Below, piece by piece: positions 16,771 through 26,047 of a stretch of DNA of 64,000 bases. The stretch's first letter is position 1. Every line of letters begins with the position of its first letter. Source of the stretch: Alphaproteobacteria bacterium. Lineage in GTDB: Bacteria > Pseudomonadota > Alphaproteobacteria > SHVW01. The notes below the pieces were generated by a model. That model saw only the letters and a list, made by a program, of their open reading frames with translations, made no database searches and was not told where the DNA came from. Position numbers and translations under genes: made by a program. The stretch is taken from NCBI GenBank assembly GCA_016869645.1, contig VGDO01000001.1, positions 3,904 to 67,903 of the forward strand. Reading direction: 5' to 3'.

Positions 16771-17862
16771 ATGATGACGGAAAAGCTCACACGCATCGGC
16801 AAACTCGTGATCGGGCGTCGCCGCGTCCTCAAGATCGCCGGCGGCGCCACCCTTGTTCTGGCCGCGCCGGCCTACTGGAAAAAGCTGAGCGCGCAGGAGA
16901 AACGCATTGTCGTGCGCGATCCGGGCGGCCCCTACACGGCCGGCTTCAATGAAGCCTTCCATGAGCCGTTCAAGAAGGCGACGGGCATCGAGTCCGTCGG
17001 CGTCGCCGGCCAGCACGAGCCGACCAGCCTGATCAAGGGCATGGTCGACACCAAGACCTACACCTGGGACATGGCGCTGCTGTCCCAGGCGGCCCATGAC
17101 CAGCTCGTCTCCGAGGGCAACTATCTCGAAGATCTCAAGATCGACACGCCGGGCCTGCGCTCCACGCCGGACCACTTCAAGTCGGCCAAGTATGCCGGCA
17201 ATGACGTGTTCACGGCGATGTTCGCGATCCGCACGGACCATTTCAAAGGCAATGAGCCGAAGTCTTGGGCGGACATCTGGAACGTCAAGGACTTCCCCGG
17301 CCGGCGCAGCCTGCGCAAGCATCCGTTCGACACGATCGAGGAAGCCCTGCTGGCCGACGGCGTGCCCGGGGACAAGCTCTATCCGTGCGACATTCCGCGC
17401 GCGCTCAAGAAGCTCGACGCCATCAAGAAGGACGTTGCGGTGTGGTGGACGGGCGGCGCCCAGACCTCGCAGATGCTCAAGACTGGCGAGGTTCACATCT
17501 GCACGACCTGGAACGCCCGCGCGCAGGCCGCGATCGACGAAGGCGCTCCCGTCAAGATCGTGTGGAACCAGAACCTCTGGAGCTCCGAGGGCTGGTGCAT
17601 CATCAGGGGCACGCCCAAGGCCGACATGTGCCGCGAGTTCATCAAGTTCGCGGTCGATGGCGCGCGCCAGGCGGCCTGGACCAAGCATGTTGCTTACGGT
17701 CCGACGCATCCGGACGCCTTCAAGCACATTCCCGAGGCGCGGGCGAAGCAGTTGCCGACCTATCCGGACAACTTCAAGACGGCCATCCGCGCCGATCCGG
17801 TCTACTGGGCAAAGCACAAGGACAAGGTGACCGAGCAGTTCGAGGCTTGGCTCCTCACCTAG
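16771..17862 (+). CDS. ABC transporter substrate-binding protein, PotD/PotF-like (polyamine/amine)
   Basis: ORF-track start 16762 is GTG; ATG 16771 or 16774 follows GGTGGAGG. Tat-like signal RRRVLKIAGGATLVLAAPA. Confidence 0.75.
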   Translation: MMTEKLTRIGKLVIGRRRVLKIAGGATLVLAAPAYWKKLSAQEKRIVVRDPGGPYTAGFNEAFHEPFKKATGIESVGVAGQHEPTSLIKGMVDTKTYTWDMALLSQAAHDQLVSEGNYLEDLKIDTPGLRSTPDHFKSAKYAGNDVFTAMFAIRTDHFKGNEPKSWADIWNVKDFPGRRSLRKHPFDTIEEALLADGVPGDKLYPCDIPRALKKLDAIKKDVAVWWTGGAQTSQMLKTGEVHICTTWNARAQAAIDEGAPVKIVWNQNLWSSEGWCIIRGTPKADMCREFIKFAVDGARQAAWTKHVAYGPTHPDAFKHIPEARAKQLPTYPDNFKTAIRADPVYWAKHKDKVTEQFEAWLLT

Positions 17863-17878
17863 CAGCGTTACGCATTCC

Positions 17879-17911
17879 GGGCGGGGCCGCGTCGTCGATG
17901 CGGTCCCGCCC
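17879..17911 (+). terminator. GC-rich hairpin GGGCGGGGCCGC-N9-GCGGTCCCGCCC after the SBP gene (candidate intra-operon attenuator/terminator)
   Basis: Read directly; followed by ACTTCATTC (weak T-tract). Confidence 0.3.
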
Positions 17912-17980
17912 ACTTCATTCAGCAAGGCGATTCAACCCATATGACTCGGCTGTGATAGCCGCAGGCCGGGCTATTGGCTC

Positions 17981-19066
17981 ATGACCGGAACCACTGAAAA
18001 GCTGCGCGTGAGGGACCTACGCAAGACCTACGGCCAGGTCGTGGCGCTGACCGACGCTCAATTCGATCTCGCCGAGGGCGAATTCCTGACGCTGCTTGGG
18101 CCTTCGGGTTCGGGCAAGACCACCATGCTGATGATCATCGCCGGGCTGATTCAGCCCGACAAGGGCGAGGTCTGGATCGACGGCAAGCTTGCGACTTTCG
18201 CACCAAGCTACAAGCGCGACATCGGCATGGTGTTCCAGAACTATGCGCTGTTCCCGCACATGACCGTGCATGAGAACATCGCCTTTCCGCTGCGCATGCG
18301 CCGCATGGCGGAGAGCAAGATCCGCGACGAGGTTCAGCGCGTGCTCGACATCGTCCGCCTGCCGCATGTCGCTGACCGCCTGCCTCGCGCGCTGTCGGGC
18401 GGCCAGCAGCAGCGCATCGCGCTCGCGCGCTGCATGGTCTACCGGCCATCGATCATCCTCATGGACGAGCCGCTGGGCGCGCTCGACAAGAAGCTGCGCG
18501 ACCAGATGCAGCTCGAGATCAAGCAGCTCCACACCGAACTCGGCATCACCATCCTCTACGTCACGCACGACCAAGAGGAAGCGATGATCATGTCCGACCG
18601 GATCTGCCTGATGAACGACGCGCGAATCGAGCAGCTGGGCACCCCCGCCGATCTCTATTTCAAACCGCGCACGGTGTTCGCCGCCGACTTTCTCGGTGAA
18701 TCGAACCTGCTGGATGGGGTGGTGCAGAGCGCCGGCCACGGCCGTGCCACGGTCAAGTCGGCCGGTGACGCCGTGATCAAGGCGCCGGCAGCCGACGTCT
18801 TCGCAGTCGGCCAGGCTGTCAAATTCATGGTCCGGCCCGAACGTCTGCGGCTGCTCGATCCGGTCGAGAGCGCCGATAACGTGATCGAGGGCACGCTCGA
18901 CCAGATCATCATGGTCGGCGGCGTGACCAAGTACTACGTCCGCCTGCCGACCGGCCCGGTGGTCTCGGCGACCCGCCTGACCCGCGGGCCCGTGACCGGA
19001 CTGGAGCGCGGCACGCGCGTGCGCCTGGGCTGGCCGGCCGATAGCACCGTCCTGCTGCCGACATGA
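17981..19066 (+). CDS. ABC transporter ATP-binding protein, PotA/PotG-like
   Basis: Walker A GPSGSGKTT, signature LSGGQQQR, Walker B ILLMDEP; C-terminal TOBE-like domain. Confidence 0.85.
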   Translation: MTGTTEKLRVRDLRKTYGQVVALTDAQFDLAEGEFLTLLGPSGSGKTTMLMIIAGLIQPDKGEVWIDGKLATFAPSYKRDIGMVFQNYALFPHMTVHENIAFPLRMRRMAESKIRDEVQRVLDIVRLPHVADRLPRALSGGQQQRIALARCMVYRPSIILMDEPLGALDKKLRDQMQLEIKQLHTELGITILYVTHDQEEAMIMSDRICLMNDARIEQLGTPADLYFKPRTVFAADFLGESNLLDGVVQSAGHGRATVKSAGDAVIKAPAADVFAVGQAVKFMVRPERLRLLDPVESADNVIEGTLDQIIMVGGVTKYYVRLPTGPVVSATRLTRGPVTGLERGTRVRLGWPADSTVLLPT

Positions 19067-20880
19067 CGGCCGCCGGCCGCCGCTTCGGCGCCTGGCGCGC
19101 CGCATGGCCGCTGCTGCCGGTCCTGATCTTCCTGGGCTTCTTCTTCCTCTACCCGGTCGGCCAGTTGCTCTGGCTCAGCGTCGAGATCAAGGGTACTGGC
19201 GCCTTGACCGCGATGCACTATCAGCGGCTGTTCGCCTCGACGCTCTACGTGAAGGTCCTGCAGATCACGCTGGAGACCTCGGCGTGGTGCACCTTCTTCT
19301 CGATCGTCGGCGGCTATCCGGTCGCCTATCTCCTGGCGACGACCAGCGAGCGCCGACGCAACAATCTGATGCTGTGGATCCTGCTGCCGTTCTGGACCAG
19401 CTTTCTCGTTCGTACTTTCGCGTGGATCGTCCTGCTCGGACGCAATGGCGCAATCAACGGCTGGTTACAGGCGCTCGGCCTGACCGACGAGCCGCTGTCG
19501 CTGATCTACAACTTCACCGGCGTCATGATCGGCATGACACACGCGCTCATGCCGCTCGCCATCCTCACGATGGTCTCCGTGATGGAGCAGATCGACGCCA
19601 ACCTGCCGAAGGCGGCCTCGACCCTGGGCGCGCGCGGCGGCCAGGCGTTCTGGCGCATTTACTTCCCGCTGTCGCTGCCGGGCGTGGCGGCCGGCGGCCT
19701 GCTCGTCTTCATCACGGCGATCGGCTTCTTCATCACGCCGGCGCTGCTCGGCGGCCGACTGCAGACCATGATTGCCCAAGTGATCATCACGCAAGTCCAG
19801 GATCTGATGAACTGGGCATTTGCCGGCGCTGTGTCCGTGCTGCTCCTTGTCACGGCGTTGGTCGTCTTCTATCTCTACGACCGCGCGCTCGGCATGTCGA
19901 CGCTGGCGGGCGAGACGCCGTCGACCCAGGGCGGCGGCGGACGCAACCCGATTGCGCGGCTTTCCGCATGGATCGGCGGCCACCTGCTGGGCGCCATCGG
20001 CCGCCTGTGCGACATCGTGTCGGAAGCCTATGAGCGCCTGGTGCCGCGGCCAGCTAGCCGGCCGACACGGGAATGGTCGCGCGGCGTGCTGGCCTTCCTC
20101 GTGTTCCTGATCATCTTCTTCCTGGCGGCGCCGACCTTCTTCATCGTCCCCGTCTCGTTCACGACCGACGCCTTCATCGAATGGCCGCCCAAATTCTTCA
20201 GTCTGCGGTGGTATGACACCGTGTTCGTCTCGCCGCTCTGGCGCGAAGCGATCGTCCGCTCGTTGCTGGTCGGGGTCTTGTCGGCTTCTCTCGCCATGGT
20301 GGTCGGCGCGCCGGCCGCTTTCGTGCTCGTGCGACAGCGCATCATGGGCAAGACAGCCCTGCTCGCTCTCGTGTTGTCGCCGCTGATCATCCCACGCATC
20401 ATCATTGCCGTGGCGCTGTTCTACTTCTATGCGCGGTTCGGCGCCCTGATCAACGTCCGGTTCATCGGCACCTCGCTTGGCCTGGTCCTGGGCCACGCCG
20501 TTCTGGCCATTCCCTATGTCGTCGTCACGGTCATGGCCGTGCTCAAGAACTACGACGAGCGACTCGACCAGGCAGCCGGCAGCCTTGGCGCCAATCCGGT
20601 TCGAACGCTGTGGCACGTGACCATCCCGCTGATCCGCTCCGGGCTGATCGCGGCATTTCTTTTCGCCTTCATCACTTCGTTCGACGAGCTGACCATCGCG
20701 CTCTTCGTCTCGGGCGGCTTGGCGACCACCTTGCCGAAGCAGATGTGGGACGATGCGCTGCTCAAGGTCAATCCGACGCTCGCCGCGGTGTCGACGATCC
20801 TGCTGGTCTTCATCACCGGCATGATCCTCGCCGCCGAATATCTGCGCCGGCGCGCGCTGGGCCGGAGCTCGGCCGCATGA
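19063..20880 (+). CDS. fused ABC permease (PotB-like + PotC-like domains in one 605-aa polypeptide)
   Basis: Two successive permease halves, each with an EAA-like loop (first half ...AASTLGARGGQAFWRIYFPL..., second half ...AAGSLGANPVRTLWHVTIPL...). ATGA overlaps at both ends. Confidence 0.75.
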   Translation: MTAAGRRFGAWRAAWPLLPVLIFLGFFFLYPVGQLLWLSVEIKGTGALTAMHYQRLFASTLYVKVLQITLETSAWCTFFSIVGGYPVAYLLATTSERRRNNLMLWILLPFWTSFLVRTFAWIVLLGRNGAINGWLQALGLTDEPLSLIYNFTGVMIGMTHALMPLAILTMVSVMEQIDANLPKAASTLGARGGQAFWRIYFPLSLPGVAAGGLLVFITAIGFFITPALLGGRLQTMIAQVIITQVQDLMNWAFAGAVSVLLLVTALVVFYLYDRALGMSTLAGETPSTQGGGGRNPIARLSAWIGGHLLGAIGRLCDIVSEAYERLVPRPASRPTREWSRGVLAFLVFLIIFFLAAPTFFIVPVSFTTDAFIEWPPKFFSLRWYDTVFVSPLWREAIVRSLLVGVLSASLAMVVGAPAAFVLVRQRIMGKTALLALVLSPLIIPRIIIAVALFYFYARFGALINVRFIGTSLGLVLGHAVLAIPYVVVTVMAVLKNYDERLDQAAGSLGANPVRTLWHVTIPLIRSGLIAAFLFAFITSFDELTIALFVSGGLATTLPKQMWDDALLKVNPTLAAVSTILLVFITGMILAAEYLRRRALGRSSAA

Positions 20881-22109
20881 AGGTCACCGTCATCGGCGCC
20901 GGCATCGTCGGCATGTGCTGCGCCAGCTACCTGCAACGCGACGGCCACGACGTCACGGTGATCGACGCGGTTGACCCTGGCGAGAGCTGCTCGTTCGGCA
21001 ATGCCGGCGGGCTCTCGCCCGGCTCGATCATGCCCGTGGCGACGCCGGGCATGCTGAGTCAGGTGCCGAAATGGCTGGCCGATCCGCTCGGGCCGCTCGC
21101 CATCCGTTGGGGCTACCTGCTGCCGGTGCTGCCCTGGCTCGTCAAGTTCGTGCACGCCGGGCGCATGGAGCGGGTCATCGAGGTCGCCGCCGCGCTGCGC
21201 AGCCTGCTCAAGCCGGTCTTCGAGTCCTATGACCCGATCGCCAAGGCGGCGGGCGCCCAAGGTCTCATTCACCGCAGCGGCCAGATGCATGTCTACCGCT
21301 CGGAAGCGGCCTTCCGCGGCGATGCGCTTGGCTGGAAGATCCGGCGCGACCATGGCTGCGAGATCGAAGAAATCGACGCCCACCAAATTCGCCAGATCGA
21401 ACCGGCGCTGGCGCCGATCTTTGCGCGCGGCATCCATTTTCCGACCCATGGCCATTGCTCGAACCCGTTCCGCCTCGTGCAAATGTTGGCCGAGCAGCTG
21501 GTGCGCAATGGCGGCACGATCATGCGCCGCCGCGTCCAAGGCTTCCGGCTCGATGCACGCGGCCCGACCGCGCTAAAGACCGATGGCGGCGATGTCGAGA
21601 TCGACCGGCTGGTGATCGCGGCCGGCGCGTGGTCGCACAAATTGTCGCGCGAGCTGGGCAGCGCCGTGCCGCTCGAGAGCCAGCGCGGCTACCATGTCAC
21701 CGTCGCCGAGCCCGGCGTGGCGCCGCGCATCAACGTCATGTGGGCAGACGCCAAGTTCATGGCGACGCCGATGGACGTCGGGCTGCGCTTCGCGGGCACT
21801 GTCGAACTCGCCGGCCTCAACGCGCCGCCAGACTACCGCCGCGCAGAGGTCCTGCTTCAGCGCGGCAAGCAGATGTATCCCGGTGTGAAGGACGCAAGAG
21901 TCTCGGAGTGGATGGGCCACCGTCCATGCACGCCGGATACGATACCCGTGATCTCGCGCTCGCCGCACTGGTCTCAGGTCTTTTACGCCTTCGGCCACGG
22001 CCATACGGGCCTAAGCGGCGCGTCGACCACCGGGCGCGTCATTGCCGACCTCGTTGCCGGCCGGCCCCCCGTCATCGATGTCAGCCCGTTCCGGATCGAT
22101 CGCTTCTAG
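20877..22109 (+). CDS. FAD-dependent oxidoreductase, D-amino-acid dehydrogenase (DadA)-like
   Basis: MKVTVIGAGIVGMCCASYL FAD fold; ATGA overlap with the permease stop. Confidence 0.7.
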   Translation: MKVTVIGAGIVGMCCASYLQRDGHDVTVIDAVDPGESCSFGNAGGLSPGSIMPVATPGMLSQVPKWLADPLGPLAIRWGYLLPVLPWLVKFVHAGRMERVIEVAAALRSLLKPVFESYDPIAKAAGAQGLIHRSGQMHVYRSEAAFRGDALGWKIRRDHGCEIEEIDAHQIRQIEPALAPIFARGIHFPTHGHCSNPFRLVQMLAEQLVRNGGTIMRRRVQGFRLDARGPTALKTDGGDVEIDRLVIAAGAWSHKLSRELGSAVPLESQRGYHVTVAEPGVAPRINVMWADAKFMATPMDVGLRFAGTVELAGLNAPPDYRRAEVLLQRGKQMYPGVKDARVSEWMGHRPCTPDTIPVISRSPHWSQVFYAFGHGHTGLSGASTTGRVIADLVAGRPPVIDVSPFRIDRF

Positions 22110-23007
22110 CAGCCTCAGCGCGAAGCCGATGGAGCTGCGCCTCGCGCCGCACGACGTAGACCGCCGTGCTGGCGATGACGATGGCGCCGGTCCATGTCCA
22201 CATGTCCGGCGCCTCGCTGAACACCAGAATGCCGAATACCACGGCGGCGATCAGCTGCGAGAAATCGTAGGGCGCGAGCTCGGAAGCCTCCGATGTGCGC
22301 AAGGCCATGGTCAGGCAGATGTGGCCCGACGTGGCGAGCCCGCCCATCAGGCACAGCCAGAGCCACTGCGTGGGCTCAGGCCATTGCCACACCGTCAGGG
22401 CCGGAATGAGGGTGGCGGGGATCGTGAACAGCCCGATGGCCGCGACGATCACGGCGGGATTCTCGGTCGGCGCAAGCACGCGGCCCGACACGCGCGAGGC
22501 GGCCGAGAAGAAGGCCGAGCCGATCGCCAGCAGCGCGGCGAAGCTCAGCTCATTGATTCCCGGCCGGACGATCAGTGCCGCGCCGCCCATGCCGACGGCA
22601 ATTGCGATGCCGCGGCGCAGGCGTATGCGCTCGCCCAGGAAGAGAACGGCCAGCAGGGTGGCGAACAGCGGCGTGGTGAAGCCGAGCGCCACGACGTCCG
22701 CCACCGGGATAAGCGACAGCGCCGTGAACCAGCACAGCATGGCCGCCACCTCGACCCCGCCGCGCAGCGTATAGACGCCGCGCAGACGCTGCGGGATCGG
22801 GTTGAGCCGCAAGCGGATCAACCAGGGCACGAGGACAAGATTGCCGAGCAGGGCGCGGAAGAAAATGATCTCGAAGGTCGGAAGTTCGGCCGAGAGATAG
22901 CGGGCGATCCCGCCCATGTTCGCCCAGAATACGCCGGCGGCGATGTACCACATCGCGCCCTTGATCGGATCAGGCAACGCCGCCCAAACGTGTGCCGGCG
23001 CGCTCAC
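22081..23007 (-). CDS. DMT-superfamily (EamA-like) transporter
   Basis: About 10 TM helices, duplicated EamA halves. Convergent with the DadA-like gene, 29-nt 3' overlap. Confidence 0.7.
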   Translation of the reverse strand: MSAPAHVWAALPDPIKGAMWYIAAGVFWANMGGIARYLSAELPTFEIIFFRALLGNLVLVPWLIRLRLNPIPQRLRGVYTLRGGVEVAAMLCWFTALSLIPVADVVALGFTTPLFATLLAVLFLGERIRLRRGIAIAVGMGGAALIVRPGINELSFAALLAIGSAFFSAASRVSGRVLAPTENPAVIVAAIGLFTIPATLIPALTVWQWPEPTQWLWLCLMGGLATSGHICLTMALRTSEASELAPYDFSQLIAAVVFGILVFSEAPDMWTWTGAIVIASTAVYVVRREAQLHRLRAEAARSDRSGTG

Positions 23008-23064
23008 GGCGCGCGCAGAATCGACGCCGGCTCCGCCTCCGCCATGGCGGCCGGCCCGACGCGC

Positions 23065-23832
23065 TCAGGAAGCGTATTCCGGCTGGGTCCGGTCGAACTC
23101 GTCCTTGAACGCCTGCAGCAGGAGCATGGCGTTGTAGTGTCGGTTGGAGTAGCTGTCGCGCGTGGCGCGGCTCAGCTCATCGGGGATGATGCGCAGCGGC
23201 CGACCGGTCGACATGGCCAGCACCTGGACCTGGCAAGCACGCTCCAGGTAGTAGAGATCGTCAAGGGCGTCGGCGACCGTCGGGCCGACCACGACGACAC
23301 CGTGATTGCCGAGGAACAGCACGGTCCTGTCGCCCATGATGCTGGCCATCCGGTCGCCTTCCTCGGTGCCGAAGGCGAAGCCATTGAAGTCCTCGTCATA
23401 GGCGACGCGCTCGAAGAAGCGCGTGGCGTTCTGATGCATCATCTCCAGCCGGCCGCCCTGGATGGCGGTCAACGCCGTGGCATAGGGCATGTGGGTGTGC
23501 AGCACCACGGCCGCGTTGGGATGATGCAGGTGGATTCGCGTGTGGATGCAGTAGCCGGTGATCGAGACGTCGCCCTCGCCTTCCACGACTTTGCCGTGGT
23601 CGTCCATGACCAGCAGTTTGCTGGCCGTGGCGTCCTGCCAATGCATGCCTTTCGCACCGATCAGGAACCGGTCGCGCCGGCCGGCCAGCATCAAGGTCAT
23701 GTGGTTGCAGATGCCCTCGTGGAACCCAAGCTTGGCCGCGGCCCGGTGCGCGCAGGCGAGGTCGATGCGCGCCTCGACATCCTCGCGCCGGTTGCCGTGC
23801 AACGCCGTGACTTTGCCCCTCTCGATCGCCAT
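23065..23832 (-). CDS. class II aldolase/adducin-family protein
   Basis: ATG 23832 (MAIERGKVTALHG...) after GGAGGGG. Metal-binding His pattern H..HxH (HLHHPNAAVVLHTHMPY). The ORF-track start at 24018 is rejected. Confidence 0.7.
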   Translation of the reverse strand: MAIERGKVTALHGNRREDVEARIDLACAHRAAAKLGFHEGICNHMTLMLAGRRDRFLIGAKGMHWQDATASKLLVMDDHGKVVEGEGDVSITGYCIHTRIHLHHPNAAVVLHTHMPYATALTAIQGGRLEMMHQNATRFFERVAYDEDFNGFAFGTEEGDRMASIMGDRTVLFLGNHGVVVVGPTVADALDDLYYLERACQVQVLAMSTGRPLRIIPDELSRATRDSYSNRHYNAMLLLQAFKDEFDRTQPEYAS

Positions 23833-23926
23833 GATGCTGACCCCTCCGGTGAACGACGTCCGACATGATCCTAGCGCCATCGAAGCTCGCCGTCTCGCCC
23901 GGTCGCGGCATGCCTGACCCGCTCGT

Positions 23927-26026
23927 ATGACAGCTTCATCCACCGTCGCCAGCCTGCTGAGACCGCGCTCGATCGCCATCGTCGGCGCTTCGCCGCGAGA
24001 GGGCACATTCGGCAACATGATGGTGAGGGCAGTGGCGGGCTGGGGCTATGGCGGGGCCATCCACCCGATCAACCCGCGCTACGAACAGGTCGAAGGCATC
24101 GCATGCGCAGCCCGGATCGCCGACCTGCCGATGCCGCCGGATCTAGTCCTGATGGCGGTTGCCGACGATCGGCTGGAGCCGCTCCTGAGTGAAGCGGCGG
24201 CGGCGGGGGCCAAATCGGCGGCAATCTTCGGGCGCTGCTATGAAGCCGTCACAAGCGGCCGGCCGCCGATGACGGCCAGGCTCGGCGCCATCGCGCGCGA
24301 CGCCGGCATGTCGCTGCTGGGCGGCAATTGCATGGGCTTCATCAACTGCGTCGACCGGCTCAAGGTCGTGGCGCTCGCTCCGCCCGTGCCCGATCGGCCG
24401 GGATCGATCGGCCTGATCTCCCATTCCGGATCGACCTGGTCGGCTCTGATCGCCAACCAGCGGCAGCTCACCTTCAACTACGTGATCTCCGCCGGTCAGG
24501 AGATCGTGACCTCGCTGTCGGACTATCTGGCCTTCCTGGTCGCCCAGTCGGAAACGCGCGTGGTCGGCATGGTGATCGAGACGATCCGCGATCCCGGGGG
24601 CTTTACCGCGGCACTCGAGGCCGCAGCCCGATGCGGCATTCCCGTGATCGTGCTCAAGCTCGGGCGCTCCGAGCGCGGACGTCAGTTCGCGCTCGCCCAC
24701 AGCGGCGCGCTCGCCGGCTCGGACGCGGCCTTCGATGCCGTGTGCCGGCATCACAACGTGGTGCGCGTGCGCGCGCTTGACGAGCTTATGGACACGCTCG
24801 AGCTGTTCTCGCGCGGGCGCACGCCACCGACGCCGGGGCTTGCCATCGTCACCGACTCCGGGGGCGAACGGCAGCTCATCGTCGACGTCGCGGCCGATCG
24901 CGGCGTGCCGCTGACGACGCTCGCCCCCTCGACCAAGACGCGCCTCGAGCAGGTGCTCGATCCGGGCTTTGAAGGCACCAATCCGCTCGATGCCTGGGGT
25001 GACGGCGGCTACATCTACGAGGACTGCCTCAAGATCCTCGCAGACGATCCCGCGGTCGGCGCCATTGCGCTCGCCAGCAACATGGTGCCGGCGCGCGCCT
25101 ATCTTCATCGGGTCGCCGATTCGATCGTCGCGGCTGCCGGCGCCACGGCCAAGCCAATCGTCGCCTTCGGCAACATTCACAGCACGATCTGCCGGGACAA
25201 GGCGGCCGAATTGCGTGGCCTCGGCATTCCCGTGCTGATGGGCACGGAGACGGCGCTTGGCGCGCTGGGCCATTTCCTCGCCTGGCACGAAACGCGGCGC
25301 GCCGAACCGGAGACCAGACCGCCGCCAGCGCCGGCCGACGCGCTTGCCCGCTGGCGCGCCAAGCTCTCCGCCGCTTCCGCGCCGTTGTCCGCCGTCGATA
25401 GCCTTGCGCTTCTTGCCGATTTCGGCGTTGCCACCGTCGCATCGCGTCGCGTCGCAAATGCCGCCGACGCGGTGGCGGCTGCCGCAGCGCTCGGCTTGCC
25501 CGTCGTGATGAAGACCGCCAACCCTGCCATCCTGCACAAGACCGAAGCGGGCGGCGTTGCGCTCGGCCTCGGCAGCGAGGCCGATGTGCGGACGGCCTAT
25601 GGCCGCATCAGCGCGGCGTGCGGCCCGTCGGTCGAAGTCCAGGCGACTGCGCCGGACGGCGTCGAGATCCTGCTCGGCATGGTCAACGACGCGCAATTCG
25701 GCCCGGTCGTCACGATCGGCGCCGGCGGCGTGCTGGTCGAGCTGCTCGGAGATGCTGTGACCGTCATGCCGCCGATCGGCGTCGACCGGGCCGCGGCGCT
25801 GCTGCAGCGGCTCAAGGTTTCGCGCCTGTTGACGGGCTATCGCGGCAAACCGCCGGCCGACGTCAGAGCGCTCGCCCATGCAATCGAACGTTTTAGCGTG
25901 ATGGCGGCATCGCTCGGCGACCTGCTCGCCGAATTCGACGCCAATCCTCTGTTGGCCGGACCGTCGGGCGCCGTCGCCGTCGACGCTCTTGCCGTCCCGC
26001 TGTCCGCCAAGACAAACTCGCACTGA
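23927..26026 (+). CDS. ADP-forming (NDP-forming) acyl-CoA synthetase, fused CoA-binding/ligase-CoA and ATP-grasp domains
   Basis: 699 aa; N-terminal IAIVGAS...CoA-binding Rossmann, C-terminal ATP-grasp (PVVMKTANPAILHKTEAGGV). Confidence 0.7.
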   Translation: MTASSTVASLLRPRSIAIVGASPREGTFGNMMVRAVAGWGYGGAIHPINPRYEQVEGIACAARIADLPMPPDLVLMAVADDRLEPLLSEAAAAGAKSAAIFGRCYEAVTSGRPPMTARLGAIARDAGMSLLGGNCMGFINCVDRLKVVALAPPVPDRPGSIGLISHSGSTWSALIANQRQLTFNYVISAGQEIVTSLSDYLAFLVAQSETRVVGMVIETIRDPGGFTAALEAAARCGIPVIVLKLGRSERGRQFALAHSGALAGSDAAFDAVCRHHNVVRVRALDELMDTLELFSRGRTPPTPGLAIVTDSGGERQLIVDVAADRGVPLTTLAPSTKTRLEQVLDPGFEGTNPLDAWGDGGYIYEDCLKILADDPAVGAIALASNMVPARAYLHRVADSIVAAAGATAKPIVAFGNIHSTICRDKAAELRGLGIPVLMGTETALGALGHFLAWHETRRAEPETRPPPAPADALARWRAKLSAASAPLSAVDSLALLADFGVATVASRRVANAADAVAAAAALGLPVVMKTANPAILHKTEAGGVALGLGSEADVRTAYGRISAACGPSVEVQATAPDGVEILLGMVNDAQFGPVVTIGAGGVLVELLGDAVTVMPPIGVDRAAALLQRLKVSRLLTGYRGKPPADVRALAHAIERFSVMAASLGDLLAEFDANPLLAGPSGAVAVDALAVPLSAKTNSH

Positions 26027-26047
26027 CGTAAGGGAGGGTACTTCGCC

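Noticed and set aside
16501-17925. 474-aa minus ORF
   Set aside because: Antisense to the PotD/F-like binding protein gene.
19465-20616. 383-aa minus ORF, extremely Arg/Asp/Glu-rich
   Set aside because: Antisense to the fused permease; composition artefact.
22042-23868. 608-aa plus ORF
   Set aside because: Antisense to both the DMT transporter and the class II aldolase gene; no motifs.
24143-26023. 626-aa minus ORF
   Set aside because: Antisense to the ADP-forming acyl-CoA synthetase.
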